Part shown: in pieces, positions 39,841 to 49,108 of the stretch | Layout of the letters: every line of letters starts with the position of its first letter | How positions within the stretch are numbered: position 1 is the first letter of the stretch | Assembly (NCBI GenBank): GCA_028709305.1 | Contig: JAQVXE010000003.1 | Location: 1-61,765 of the forward strand | Length of the DNA: 61,765 nt | From: Bacillota bacterium | GTDB taxonomy: Bacteria > Bacillota > DTU025 | Reading direction: 5' to 3' | The notes under the pieces: generated by a model | What the model saw: only the letters and a program-made list of their open reading frames with translations | The model's database searches: none | Told to the model about the DNA's origin: nothing | Translations under genes and position numbers: made by a program

Positions 39841-40017
39841 GTCTAAGTAACTCGCAGAAGGTATCTCGGCCTAGTCGACCAGCCAGGCTCTGAATTGCGG
39901 ACAATGCAAGCCCGGAGATTGTGCAGGAACTTATCGGAACTCGCTTAGAGCCACTGCCATTATCTGGTGGCGCTCAGGTCTCCGCGGGGCGAGGGGCTAG
40001 CAACTCCAAATGGCCCA
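39841..40017 (+). repeat. left arm of the inverted repeat flanking the group II intron (includes a 38-nt intron 5'-end remnant from 39982)
   Basis: The plus strand at 39841-40017 aligns with the minus strand at 41883-41708. This includes AGGTCT|CCGCGGGGCGAGGGGCTAGCAACTCCAAATGGCCCA versus AGGTCT|GTGCGGGGCGAGTGGCTGGCAACGCCAAATGGCCCA. Confidence 0.8.
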
Positions 40018-41199
40018 TGCCCATTGTCTCTGAACTGCGACACGCGCGTCGGCAAGTTTAGCAGTGCAATGGTACAGCCCGAAGTACTGGTACCGTCCGC
40101 GCAACATCGACGACAAATGCCTTTGTTGGTTGCGTCTCTCCCAGTGCATGTGCGCCTTCAGCCATTGTTTGATCCTGTCTAGGAACTTGCGTATGCTCTT
40201 TTTGCTTGGAACGCGGATCACCGCGAACCTGCCTTTCCGGTCCTTGCCACATACATGAGTGAAGCCGAGGAAGTCAAAGGTCTCAAGCTTCTCGCCAACC
40301 TTCGCGATATCCTCTCTGGCGGACCGTCCAAATGGCAGCAAGCGGGTCTTTTCCCCCGCAAGCTCCAGCCCGAACTTCCCCGTACCCTCCACCAGTGATC
40401 GATGGAACAGCTCTGCATCCCGCTTGTACTCGAAGCAAACTACAAAATCATCTGCACACCTTATCAGATGCGCCTCACCCCGGAACCATTTCTTGCCGAC
40501 GCGCTCGAACCACGTGTCGAGGACGCAGTGCAGATAGACGTTCGCGGGGAGTGGCGATATAGGTCCGCCCTGCGGAGTTCCCTCATCGGCGATTGTGACT
40601 ACTCCATTCTCTATTGCTCGCGCTCGCAGCCACTTCTCGATAAGCCGCAGAATCTTCGGGTCTGCTACTCGTGTTCGCAACATCCGCATCAGCCACCCAT
40701 GGTCAATGTGGTTGAAGTATCCCCGGATGTCGGCCTCGAACACGTACCGCACTTTGCCTGTCATGATGCATTTACGCAGCGCGCTGAGCGCCTGGTGTGG
40801 GTTTCGCCCTGGCCGGAATCCATGCGAGACGTCGAGAAAGTCAGCCTCGAAGATCGCCTCCAGGATTCTCGCGACAGCTCTTTGCACCAGCCGGTCTTCT
40901 ACGGTTGGGATACCCAATGGCCGCGTCTTCCCATTGCCTTTCGGTATGTCGACGCTACGCACCGGAGGGGCCTTGTAGCGACCCGCCTTGAGTCGCCCAT
41001 GCAGATCGTTGATGCGCCCATCCAGGTCCTTCTCGAAATCCCTAATGGTCTCTCCATCCACTCCGCTGGCGCCATACCGGTTCATTTGCTTCCAAGTTTC
41101 CTTAAGAAACTCGGGACCGAGCAAATGTGTCAGCGACGTAAAGCGGAGCTTCCCGTCAGTCCTAGCCTTTGCTGCGATTTTGCCCAGTTCCGTTGACAT
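39997..41199 (-). CDS. group II intron reverse transcriptase/maturase, C-terminally truncated and probably inactive
   Basis: RT motifs are present (RPLGIPTVEDRLVQRA, GTPQGGPISP, the FVV block and LGFTH), followed by the start of the X/maturase domain (LRGRYQYFG). The catalytic YADD reads CADD. The last 7 codons (AWAIWSC) come from the repeat arm. Confidence 0.8.
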   Translation of the reverse strand: MSTELGKIAAKARTDGKLRFTSLTHLLGPEFLKETWKQMNRYGASGVDGETIRDFEKDLDGRINDLHGRLKAGRYKAPPVRSVDIPKGNGKTRPLGIPTVEDRLVQRAVARILEAIFEADFLDVSHGFRPGRNPHQALSALRKCIMTGKVRYVFEADIRGYFNHIDHGWLMRMLRTRVADPKILRLIEKWLRARAIENGVVTIADEGTPQGGPISPLPANVYLHCVLDTWFERVGKKWFRGEAHLIRCADDFVVCFEYKRDAELFHRSLVEGTGKFGLELAGEKTRLLPFGRSAREDIAKVGEKLETFDFLGFTHVCGKDRKGRFAVIRVPSKKSIRKFLDRIKQWLKAHMHWERRNQQRHLSSMLRGRYQYFGLYHCTAKLADARVAVQRQWAWAIWSC

Positions 41200-41743
41200 C
41201 CTATCCCTGCCTCTGAGTGCAGAGGATGTTCCCCTGCGCAAATGTGGTCTTGTCCCGCCGCTTCCTCATGTGGCTGGCTTTCCCAACCTCCGAGTACTAT
41301 CAGCGAGTCCGACTCCCGCCGCGGCTTCCGCCTTCCTTAGGATCGTGTCCCTTTCGGTCGGCGTACTCCGTTTGCTGCGAAGACCGCGGCGGGCCTCCCA
41401 GGTTCCTCGACGTTCCTTTTCCGACCATGCCGTGCTCTCTGACCCCGCCGGAGTCTCCGGCAACCTTGCCTTGCTGGTTGCCTACTGTAGCCTTCCAGGA
41501 GTGGGACCCTGTCGGCCTCCGGATTTAGACCATCACGAGGCTCAATCGCTTCACTTTCGTTACGGCCTTGTCGTCGCTCTGCCTACGCTTAGCCCGCGCC
41601 GTTACCAGCACAGGTCCAAGGCTCGATTCCCTGTGGGTGGCTAGTCCTTGACGGGGCGGGAATTGCACCCGCTGGAAACGTCAGGCTTGTCCTGGCGCAC
41701 CCCACCGTGGGCCATTTGGCGTTGCCAGCCACTCGCCCCGCAC
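40018..41743 (-). mobile_element. group II intron, 3'-truncated (domains I-IV with the RT ORF; no domain V/VI)
   Basis: The minus strand at 41743 begins with the GUGCG 5' consensus. About 500 nt of structured leader and the RT ORF follow. Similarity to an intron stops at about 40018, where the inverted-repeat arm starts. No domain V-like 34-nt hairpin was found downstream. Confidence 0.75.
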
Positions 41744-41883
41744 AGACCTGAATGCTACTAGATAATTGCAGTGGCTCTAGGTAAGTCTCAATAAGTTTCT
41801 GCGCAATGCCTGGGTCTGCATTGCCCGCAATTCAGAACCCAGCCGCTCGGTTAGTCCAAGATGCTTTTCTGCCAGTTACTTAG
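41708..41883 (-). repeat. right arm of the inverted repeat (intron 5' end plus about 135 nt of 5' exon flank)
   Basis: Reverse-complement partner of 39841-40017. Its outer end abuts the stop codon of the permease gene fragment. Confidence 0.8.
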
Positions 41884-42192
41884 CGGCTCGCGCTCGAATG
41901 CCACCTGAGAGAAAGCAGCCAGAAGGCTCTGCCCAGAACCAGGGGTACAGCTGTGACTGCCATGGCCGAGGCTACGCCATTGAGGCTAACCGTACCCAGC
42001 AGGACTAGAGCAGGCATATTGGCAACGACTGCAACGGGAACGATGAGTGTGAAGGCGGACCTGACGGTGCCTTTGAATATGTAGGCTGGATACTGGCTGA
42101 TCATGAAGAAGTCGAGGAACAGGTGGTACAAGGCCTCAATCCGCATTGCTCAATGCGATATGGTCATGAAATGAAACCCGCGGCATAAGTCA
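41880..42192 (-). pseudogene. 3' fragment of an ABC-2 permease gene (paralogous to 29536-29850)
   Basis: The 88-aa ORF is about 80% identical to the C-terminus of the 29536..30444 product. Nucleotide similarity continues to about 42192 through an in-frame TGA (TISH*AMRIEAL versus TISFWATRIEAL). The 5' two-thirds of the gene are absent. Confidence 0.85.
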
Positions 42193-42282
42193 GGAGTCTG
42201 GCTCGCCCGCAGGAACCAGCCTCAAGTTGCAGAAGGATAGTCGAGTATAGTGATAGGCGCAGCAGAGGAGGCGACTTTGCCA

Positions 42283-43380
42283 ATGGCTTTCGATATCGTA
42301 GACCTATCCCAGCTGACAGCGCCAGGGCTAGTTCTGGACGTGGGTGGCGGCGGCGAAGGAATCATCGGTTCTGTACTCGGAAGACAAGTGATCGCCATCG
42401 ATCGCCTCCGGGAAGAGCTAAAGGAGACATCGAATGATGCGCTTAAGCTTGTGATGGACGCGAGGGACATGTCATTCGTCGACGAGTCCTTCGACGAATC
42501 GACCTGCTTTTTCAGCCTGATGTACATGCCCCCTGAATCAATGCCCCGTGTCCTCTCGGAGATTCTCAGGGTGCTCAGGCCAGGGGGAAGGCTGAGGATC
42601 TGGGATGCGGAGATACCCCCTGCAGGTCCAGGAGATAAGCTATTCACAATCAACTTGGAGATCCTCTCATGCGCCCATGTGCACCTAAGGACCTACAAGA
42701 CCGGCTATGGAGTACGCTGGCCCGGCAGATCCCTAAACCGCTCCATTCTCGAGCATCTGGCACAGGATTGCGGCTTTATGACACTCGGGCACGCAGAGTC
42801 AGGACGGACATTCTACCTGAGCCTGCTGAAGCCGAGCCGACCGGGATCCGGACATGTCTGCTACATACAGACAGCTGCAGGCCCTATGGAAGTGGTCAGA
42901 GCCACCGCAATGGACATGCGCGATGCATACGAAGTGCTCGCCAATAGCTGCAGAAGAGTGGTCGAGTTTGGCGGGAAGATTCCCTCCTGGCTCTTCACTG
43001 CAGACGGCCAACAGCACGTATCGGAGAAGATACGCGACTCAGACTACTTCATAGGATACATCGCTGACTCCCCGGCTACAGTCCTCTGGATCAAATGGGC
43101 GGATGTATCCTCGTGGGATGACACAGGAATCGACGGCCAAGCAGGGTACATCCACGGCTTCGGAGTCAAGAAGGAATGGGCAGGTATAGGCGCAGGGAAG
43201 GCCCTCCTGGAATGGGCCTCCTCCTATATAGCCTCCAGGGGAAGGCGGTTGATACGGCTAGAATGCGAGGCAGGGAACCTTCAACTGTGTGCGTACTATG
43301 AAAGGCTGGATTTTGAGGATAGAGGGTTGGCAGGGCCGGGCCATCAGCTCCGAAGGTATGAGCGCCGGGCCGGCGAATAG
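42283..43380 (+). CDS. fusion protein: class I SAM-dependent methyltransferase (N) plus GNAT acetyltransferase (C)
   Basis: N-terminal LDVGGGGEG and RVLRPGGRLRIWD (Methyltransf_11-like). C-terminal GNAT motif A (GFGVKKEWAGIGAGKALLEWA) and YYERLDFEDRG. The ORF track starts at 42250; the ATG at 42283 follows AGAGGAGG. Confidence 0.7.
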   Translation: MAFDIVDLSQLTAPGLVLDVGGGGEGIIGSVLGRQVIAIDRLREELKETSNDALKLVMDARDMSFVDESFDESTCFFSLMYMPPESMPRVLSEILRVLRPGGRLRIWDAEIPPAGPGDKLFTINLEILSCAHVHLRTYKTGYGVRWPGRSLNRSILEHLAQDCGFMTLGHAESGRTFYLSLLKPSRPGSGHVCYIQTAAGPMEVVRATAMDMRDAYEVLANSCRRVVEFGGKIPSWLFTADGQQHVSEKIRDSDYFIGYIADSPATVLWIKWADVSSWDDTGIDGQAGYIHGFGVKKEWAGIGAGKALLEWASSYIASRGRRLIRLECEAGNLQLCAYYERLDFEDRGLAGPGHQLRRYERRAGE

Positions 43381-43421
43381 GTCAGACGCCCGATGCGGCC
43401 CAATGCCATATGCTTTCGTTC

Positions 43422-44240
43422 CTAATACAACTCATCCAGAAGAATGTAATACCGAACTTTCGCGACATCCACATCCTCCACGCCGTATTCGTGAAAGAAC
43501 AAGGCGGCCATCTCGCCGCCCCGCGGTCCGGCATTATGCTTAAGGCTTCTGGCGGCCAGGGCCAGATCCTGATATCTGTCTGCAACCCCGGCGCGGCCCC
43601 AGTCGACAAATCCACTGATCCCGCTATCTGAGACAATTACGTTGGGCAAGCAGTAGTCCCCGTGGGTGAATACGAGATCCTCCTCTAGAGGCTTCGTCGC
43701 CACAAGCTCATCGTAGATGTCGCGGGCCGCCCTGCCCGTGTTCTCAGGCTCAAGATCCGCCTCATTAACGACGCCCACCTCAACTCTGCCCAAAGCCTCG
43801 CCTAGAACCACATCCAGCCTTCGATCGAATGGGCATTCTGAGATGTCAAGACTGTGAATCATGCGCAAGCCGCCGGCGAGCCTTCTCACAACTTCCTCCA
43901 GGTCGCACTCTGCAGTACAATCTACACAATTTAGGCCCGGGGCCTCAGTCATCAGCAGGTACTGCATCTCGCCACATTCGCTAAAATGTAGAACCTGCGG
44001 CACCGGGAGGCGATAACACAGCCAATCGAGAATTTCCTTTTCACGCCTGAGGTCATCAAACCCGGTCCTGCGTTGAACCTTGAGATACGCATTTGTACTG
44101 TTTGGAATTCCCTTCAGCCTATATACAGCAGAGCAAGAGCGGCCCATAGTATCCCTTTCCCACACAGCGCCTCCAATGATGCCCCCGAGCTCCTCGGGAA
44201 TATCCGTTCGCCAGTCCTTGCTCCTGTTCGCTTCACTCAT
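43422..44240 (-). CDS. aminoglycoside 3'-phosphotransferase family kinase
   Basis: [11 protein letters not shown] and [22 protein letters not shown] closely resemble APH(3')-II ([33 protein letters not shown]). ATG at 44240 follows GAGGTGGA and gives 272 aa, the family-typical length. Confidence 0.85.
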   Translation of the reverse strand: [272 protein letters not shown]

Positions 44241-44369
44241 AGCTACATCCACCTCTATCAAAAGACGTCCAACAGGCGCTATCACATCTAAGTGGCGCCG
44301 GAAAGTACTTGAGCACTTGCAAACGGCTGCGGAGGATTCGCGTTTGGATTGTCTTTTGCGAGTGAGAAT

Positions 44370-44732
44370 CGATTTATGCATTCGAAATAACCGCAAAAGA
44401 GTATCCACCGGCTTGCGTTCGTGGGAGATGACCAAAACTTAGTCACTTCCCGGGCGAAGGTGCCTAACTTTTGGCCAGGGCCTGCCCAACTTTTGAACAT
44501 TCGAGGCTTAGAGGTAATATCAGGCAGGGATCGTCCGGTAATATATGGCATACCGAGGCAGTTTCATGCACTAAATGGTTATACACCAGCGCATAATGTC
44601 ATAGACTGAATTGGCGGGCGCGAAACTGTCTAGGTTTTAGTCACCCCCTGTTCAGAAGTTGATCACTTGCGATCGCGATATGACCAAAAGTTAGCCATGT
44701 TCGCTGATAAACCCTGCTCGCCGCCCCTCACC
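44370..44732 (-). repeat. ~360-bp repeat element, copy R (inverted partner of 11805-12163)
   Basis: Its reverse complement aligns end to end with 11805-12163. The inner end lies about 130 nt upstream of the APH(3') start. Confidence 0.8.
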
Positions 44733-44884
44733 GGTAGACCTTGACCACTATTGCCCAGTTTTTCCCTGGCTTCCCGCCAACGGCCAAGCAGCTCACAAGA
44801 CGCACCTTATCCAGACCAAGCGGCTAAGGCCTGAACCACAGGTAATACAGACTCGAGGATCGCAGGAAACTTGTCGAGACCTAC

Positions 44885-45868
44885 TTAGATCAGCTCAGAC
44901 TCTTCCTGAAGCTCAGGCTCCTTAATGCCCCATGGATTCCCGCCCCCAGTGAAGCGCCAGACCGTGTATAAGCCTGCCAGGATGGCCAGAGTAGTCAAAA
45001 TCCCACCTTCAGGACCGAACGCCCCGCCTGTCAGGAGATCATTGTGGCTCGCCGCGACAGTGTATACGCCCTCAAGTTTTCGTCCGCTCACGGGAAATCC
45101 GAAAATGTAGCCTTGGAAGTAGTTCCAGGTGATGTGGTAGCCCGCAGGCATCCATAGATTGCCGGTTCTGAGAAACATGTAGGCAAACAAAAAACCTACC
45201 AGCCCCACATTTACAAGTCCGGTCAAAGACACATTGTCATTCCCAACATGAAGAAGAGAGAAGATGAGAGATGTCACAACAGCCGCCGCCCAACGGTTCC
45301 ACGTCTCAGACAGGGCGGAGATTGAGTATGCTCTTGAATAAAGTTCCTCTGTGAACCCTACGAAAATGAAAAGAACCGCCCCCGCAAGCAGGTTCCATGA
45401 GAACCTGGGGTCGGCAAGACTGTTCTCGAGAGTAATGCTTCCGGAAGCAAGCAAGGCGGCGAAAACAACCGCCATCGAAACGGCACCGAGCGCTAGCCCA
45501 CAGGCAAATTCCCTGCGATGCCCGGAAAGAGATCCCGCTCCTATATCCGCAGGCTTCTTCTTGTCGAGGAGCCTTAAGGCAAGAAGTATGCCGAGGATCA
45601 ATGCCACAGAAGGAATCAACCTTTGAATGAGCTTTAGCCATCCGCTGCCGTCCACTACTTCTTCCATCCCTTTGACGAGGAATTCCTCAGTCTGCTCACC
45701 AGTCAAATCAGTGGGAACTTCTACGGCTGCTGTTATGGTACCCCAGAAGACCAGGAACAGTAACCCTGCTATGATCGAGGTGAAAACTAGGGCGACAATG
45801 ATTCTCCACTCCGGCCGAAGTCGGCCATCTCCCATGACAAAGAGTCTCCTCAAGATGTGCACCTCCAT
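44885..45868 (-). CDS. CPBP family intramembrane glutamic endopeptidase (CAAX protease-like)
   Basis: The three CPBP motifs are present: FTEELYSRAY (EExxxR), LIFSLLHVGN (FxxxH) and YHITWN (HxxxN). The protein is polytopic. Confidence 0.85.
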   Translation of the reverse strand: MEVHILRRLFVMGDGRLRPEWRIIVALVFTSIIAGLLFLVFWGTITAAVEVPTDLTGEQTEEFLVKGMEEVVDGSGWLKLIQRLIPSVALILGILLALRLLDKKKPADIGAGSLSGHRREFACGLALGAVSMAVVFAALLASGSITLENSLADPRFSWNLLAGAVLFIFVGFTEELYSRAYSISALSETWNRWAAAVVTSLIFSLLHVGNDNVSLTGLVNVGLVGFLFAYMFLRTGNLWMPAGYHITWNYFQGYIFGFPVSGRKLEGVYTVAASHNDLLTGGAFGPEGGILTTLAILAGLYTVWRFTGGGNPWGIKEPELQEESELI

Positions 45869-45907
45869 CTTCCTGTATCCTGCAACTTGCCTGCCTTCGG
45901 CGCGAGC

Positions 45908-46927
45908 CTAAACCTCCCACAAAACCTTGCGACCCACTTCGGAAAGGGAGGCGCATCCTGTCAGCATCATAGCCACATGCAGTTGCTTTGCATACTCCTC
46001 GAGCTGCAGACGAACACCTTCCGCTCCGCCTCCTACTGCCGCTACGGCCAGCGGACGACCGACCAGAACAGCATCTGCACCAAGAGCCAGCATCTTCAGG
46101 ACGTCCACGCCGCTTCGAATGCCGCCATCCACAAGCACCAACATTTCGTCCTTTACCCGCCCTGCTATAGAGGGCAGGACATCTGCAGTGCCCGGCGTAT
46201 GGTCGAGGGCTCTTCCGCCATGGTTTGAGACCACGATGCCTGCAACCCCGGCCTCAGCTGCAATAGCCGCCTCATCCGGTGTCATGATGCCCTTGAGTAT
46301 TACGGGAATCCCCGCCTCCGCAACTACCTCCCCGATCTCTGCCTGGGTTTTGGGCTCAACCCCTTGCCCAAGAAGCTTCATGTTAATGAGCGCAGCTGCA
46401 TCCACATCTATGGCCACTGCAAAGGCTCCCGCCTCCCTGGCTCGCCTCACTCTCTCAATCAGCCCGTGCTGCTCGCGGGGCTTGATTACTGGAATGGCAG
46501 CACCGTGGACCTCAGATGTCACAGCAATCGTAGAATCGAATACCGCCGGGTCTCCCCCGTCTCCGCCCATCCCCACAGTGCCTGCCAGACGCGGACCTCT
46601 TATCATAGCATCAGCGAGCTGGTGTTCGCCAATGCCCCCCATACGGTTGACCCTGGTTCCTGCCACCGCAGCCCCGAGAATCGGCATGCTGATGTCGAGC
46701 CCAAAGAGCCTGAGACTCGTATCGGGATCCCTGGCCTCATGCAGTACGCGGAGATTCAACTTCCGCCGCGACAACACTTGCACGTTGCTTATGAAGCTGC
46801 TTCCAGTCCCAATGCCGCCGAAACCAGGCACTTCGCCTGCACACGCCAGACCGTTGCAGTGCCTGCATACCCTGCATGTCCCTTCAAGCTTCTCGGCAGC
46901 GTTTCTGCGCACTGTCTGCAAGTCCAT
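45908..46927 (-). CDS. FMN-dependent alpha-hydroxy-acid oxidising enzyme family protein
   Basis: TIM-barrel FMN dehydrogenase features (VILKGIMTPDEA, VVSNHGGRALD, VDGGIRSGVDVLKMLALGADAV) with a Cys-rich N-terminus (CRVCRHCNGLAC). ATG at 46927 follows GGAGGGAGG. The ORF track extends to 47128. Confidence 0.75.
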   Translation of the reverse strand: MDLQTVRRNAAEKLEGTCRVCRHCNGLACAGEVPGFGGIGTGSSFISNVQVLSRRKLNLRVLHEARDPDTSLRLFGLDISMPILGAAVAGTRVNRMGGIGEHQLADAMIRGPRLAGTVGMGGDGGDPAVFDSTIAVTSEVHGAAIPVIKPREQHGLIERVRRAREAGAFAVAIDVDAAALINMKLLGQGVEPKTQAEIGEVVAEAGIPVILKGIMTPDEAAIAAEAGVAGIVVSNHGGRALDHTPGTADVLPSIAGRVKDEMLVLVDGGIRSGVDVLKMLALGADAVLVGRPLAVAAVGGGAEGVRLQLEEYAKQLHVAMMLTGCASLSEVGRKVLWEV

Positions 46928-47201
46928 CACAACATCCTCCCTCCAGTGGCCCATAGCCGCTGTCCAAGTTCGCGGTTGGTGGCTGAACAAGCCCCTGATC
47001 GAGCGACTCTCCCGCCCATGCCGCATTGAAAAACCGTTTTTCCCAACTACATCTCGCCGGGCCAGGCGATCTGTCGCATGTTGTGTCATAGCAAGAAACA
47101 AGATAACGCAGTCTGCTTGCAGTGGCACAACACCAGGCTACTATGGGGCGGGCCCGAAGACCCTCTGTCGGGGCACCGGCTTCGTCCGACAAAGAGATAT
47201 C

Positions 47202-48788
47202 TCATCTTGGGGCGCCCTGATCTGGAACAAGGTGCTTCTTGACGAACTTCACCCCATACTCAAGTGCATGATCAGGATGAACCCAGAAATCGGGTAGATA
47301 TCCCATGCCATCGCGATTCTGCATCTCGCTGTCTAGCCAGAGCATCGTTGGTATCCTCACCTCCAGCCCCGAGTGGGGCAGAGCGAAGATCCCGGTGTTT
47401 CCGCACAGCAAAGCACCTCGCGTGTTAGTCCCAATGATCGCCACATTATCCACGCTGCGAAGGCGGCGAACCAAAGCCTCAGTTGCACTTCCGGTGTTGG
47501 AGTCCACTATCACAACTATGAACGGCGCATTGCTGGTCTGCCTCCCATGTTCAATGCTTATGCGGCACCATCCCTGCCGACTCGGATCTTCTGCATTCTT
47601 CCAGTACATGCGCATAGCCTTGATTTCATCAGCGCCAAGCTCCTCCTCGCGCCTTTCTGCCAGCCTGTTCAGGTTCAGGGCTATAGCCGTGTCAGTTGCC
47701 AATTCGGCAGTGAAGGTGGAAAGGCCAGCGCTTCCCTTCATCAGCCTTTGACACCATAGCATTCCGTAGACCGTCGATCCGCCATGATTAGACCTCAGGT
47801 CAAGCAGGATTACCTTCTCATGGCGCAGCTTGTCCGCATCCTGCACAAACTTGATGAGGGATTGGTCTTCGTCACTAACGGAATCGAAACTGCGGCACGA
47901 CAGCAAAGGCAAACCTTCCACTTCTCCAAGTTCATAGACTGGTCCGCCATGATCCAAAGAGACTATCGGTACAAGCCATGCCATCTCCATGCTGCCATCC
48001 TCATACTCGAGCTCACACATGAGGTCAGCCTGCTGGTCTGGAACGAGCATGCCCAGTACGTAGACTATGCCGCCATACTCATCTATCGACGGTTTCAAAA
48101 AGGAAGAAGGGTCAGCGCGATTGATGGACGCAAGGCGAATACCGTTCCCGTTGACGAAACGTCCATCATCGTCCAAGAAGAACCGGAGATACGGGTTTAC
48201 TCGAAAAGTGTGCCACTGGCATGGCGATCTGTTTCCAATTGCGAAATGGCCATCCTGGATGAACTCAAGACTCGTCGCAATCATGTGGGAGTAGTTCCAC
48301 AGCGGTATGCTCTGCGAATATTGGGACATCTCTTTGAGGATCCTGCTCTTTGCCGTTTCGAAGACTTCGTCGCCCCCAAAGAATTGATAGCCGGCATAAC
48401 CATACTTCATTGCGCCAAACAGCAAGTCCACCTCTTCGACAGCCTTAGCCCGACTGATTGACCACTCGTCCAATTCCGCACCAGCTTCTCCACTCACAGC
48501 CGGGTCCATTCTGAGCCGGTTCGGGTTGGGCTCATCCCTGAAATCAGTGTAATCATAGAGCAGGTTTGAGAACAATGCTAGCAAGCCTTCGCGGGGCGTC
48601 TCGTCAGTCTCCGGCCTATTCGCCTCTACGATAGCCTTGGCCTGTGGCGACAGAACCAGCCAGCTCTGATCCAGGGCAAGCGCTGGCCGAGCCGGCTGCA
48701 CTACCAGAGCCGTCAACGCTGCCAGGGCACATAACAACCGAACCGCCTTTAAAGTCCACGATTCGCATCGCCGGCCAGAATTGGTCAT
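47202..48788 (-). CDS. secreted S41-family (C-terminal processing/tricorn-like) peptidase
   Basis: Signal peptide (LLCALAALTALVVQPARPALA), LLDLRSNHGGS and VDSNTGSATEALV (Ser nucleophile context). ATG at 48788 follows GGAGG. Confidence 0.65.
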   Translation of the reverse strand: MTNSGRRCESWTLKAVRLLCALAALTALVVQPARPALALDQSWLVLSPQAKAIVEANRPETDETPREGLLALFSNLLYDYTDFRDEPNPNRLRMDPAVSGEAGAELDEWSISRAKAVEEVDLLFGAMKYGYAGYQFFGGDEVFETAKSRILKEMSQYSQSIPLWNYSHMIATSLEFIQDGHFAIGNRSPCQWHTFRVNPYLRFFLDDDGRFVNGNGIRLASINRADPSSFLKPSIDEYGGIVYVLGMLVPDQQADLMCELEYEDGSMEMAWLVPIVSLDHGGPVYELGEVEGLPLLSCRSFDSVSDEDQSLIKFVQDADKLRHEKVILLDLRSNHGGSTVYGMLWCQRLMKGSAGLSTFTAELATDTAIALNLNRLAERREEELGADEIKAMRMYWKNAEDPSRQGWCRISIEHGRQTSNAPFIVVIVDSNTGSATEALVRRLRSVDNVAIIGTNTRGALLCGNTGIFALPHSGLEVRIPTMLWLDSEMQNRDGMGYLPDFWVHPDHALEYGVKFVKKHLVPDQGAPR

Positions 48789-49108
48789 TGCCCTACCTCC
48801 AGGCAGCCATATTGCAGCGGTAACCCGCGTGCCAGCCCATTTCCGGACTCGCCTCCCCATGACCCCGGTGAAACAGGCGACCCAGGCCCGCTCCGTGCTA
48901 CTCGCTTCTCTTGCCTATACATACTGTCCAGGCCTACGGTTGATGCCATGGGCAAGGCCTCCGTAACGGGGCTACGTCAACTGCAGCTGCGCGATCCGCC
49001 ACTACGAACATGGCCGACAGACAAGCAGAGCATTCAGAGAGAAGCTTGACGGGCGTGCCGATCGCCAGGGAAGCCCGGGCGCCCGCCAACCGCAAACTGG
49101 GACAGCTC

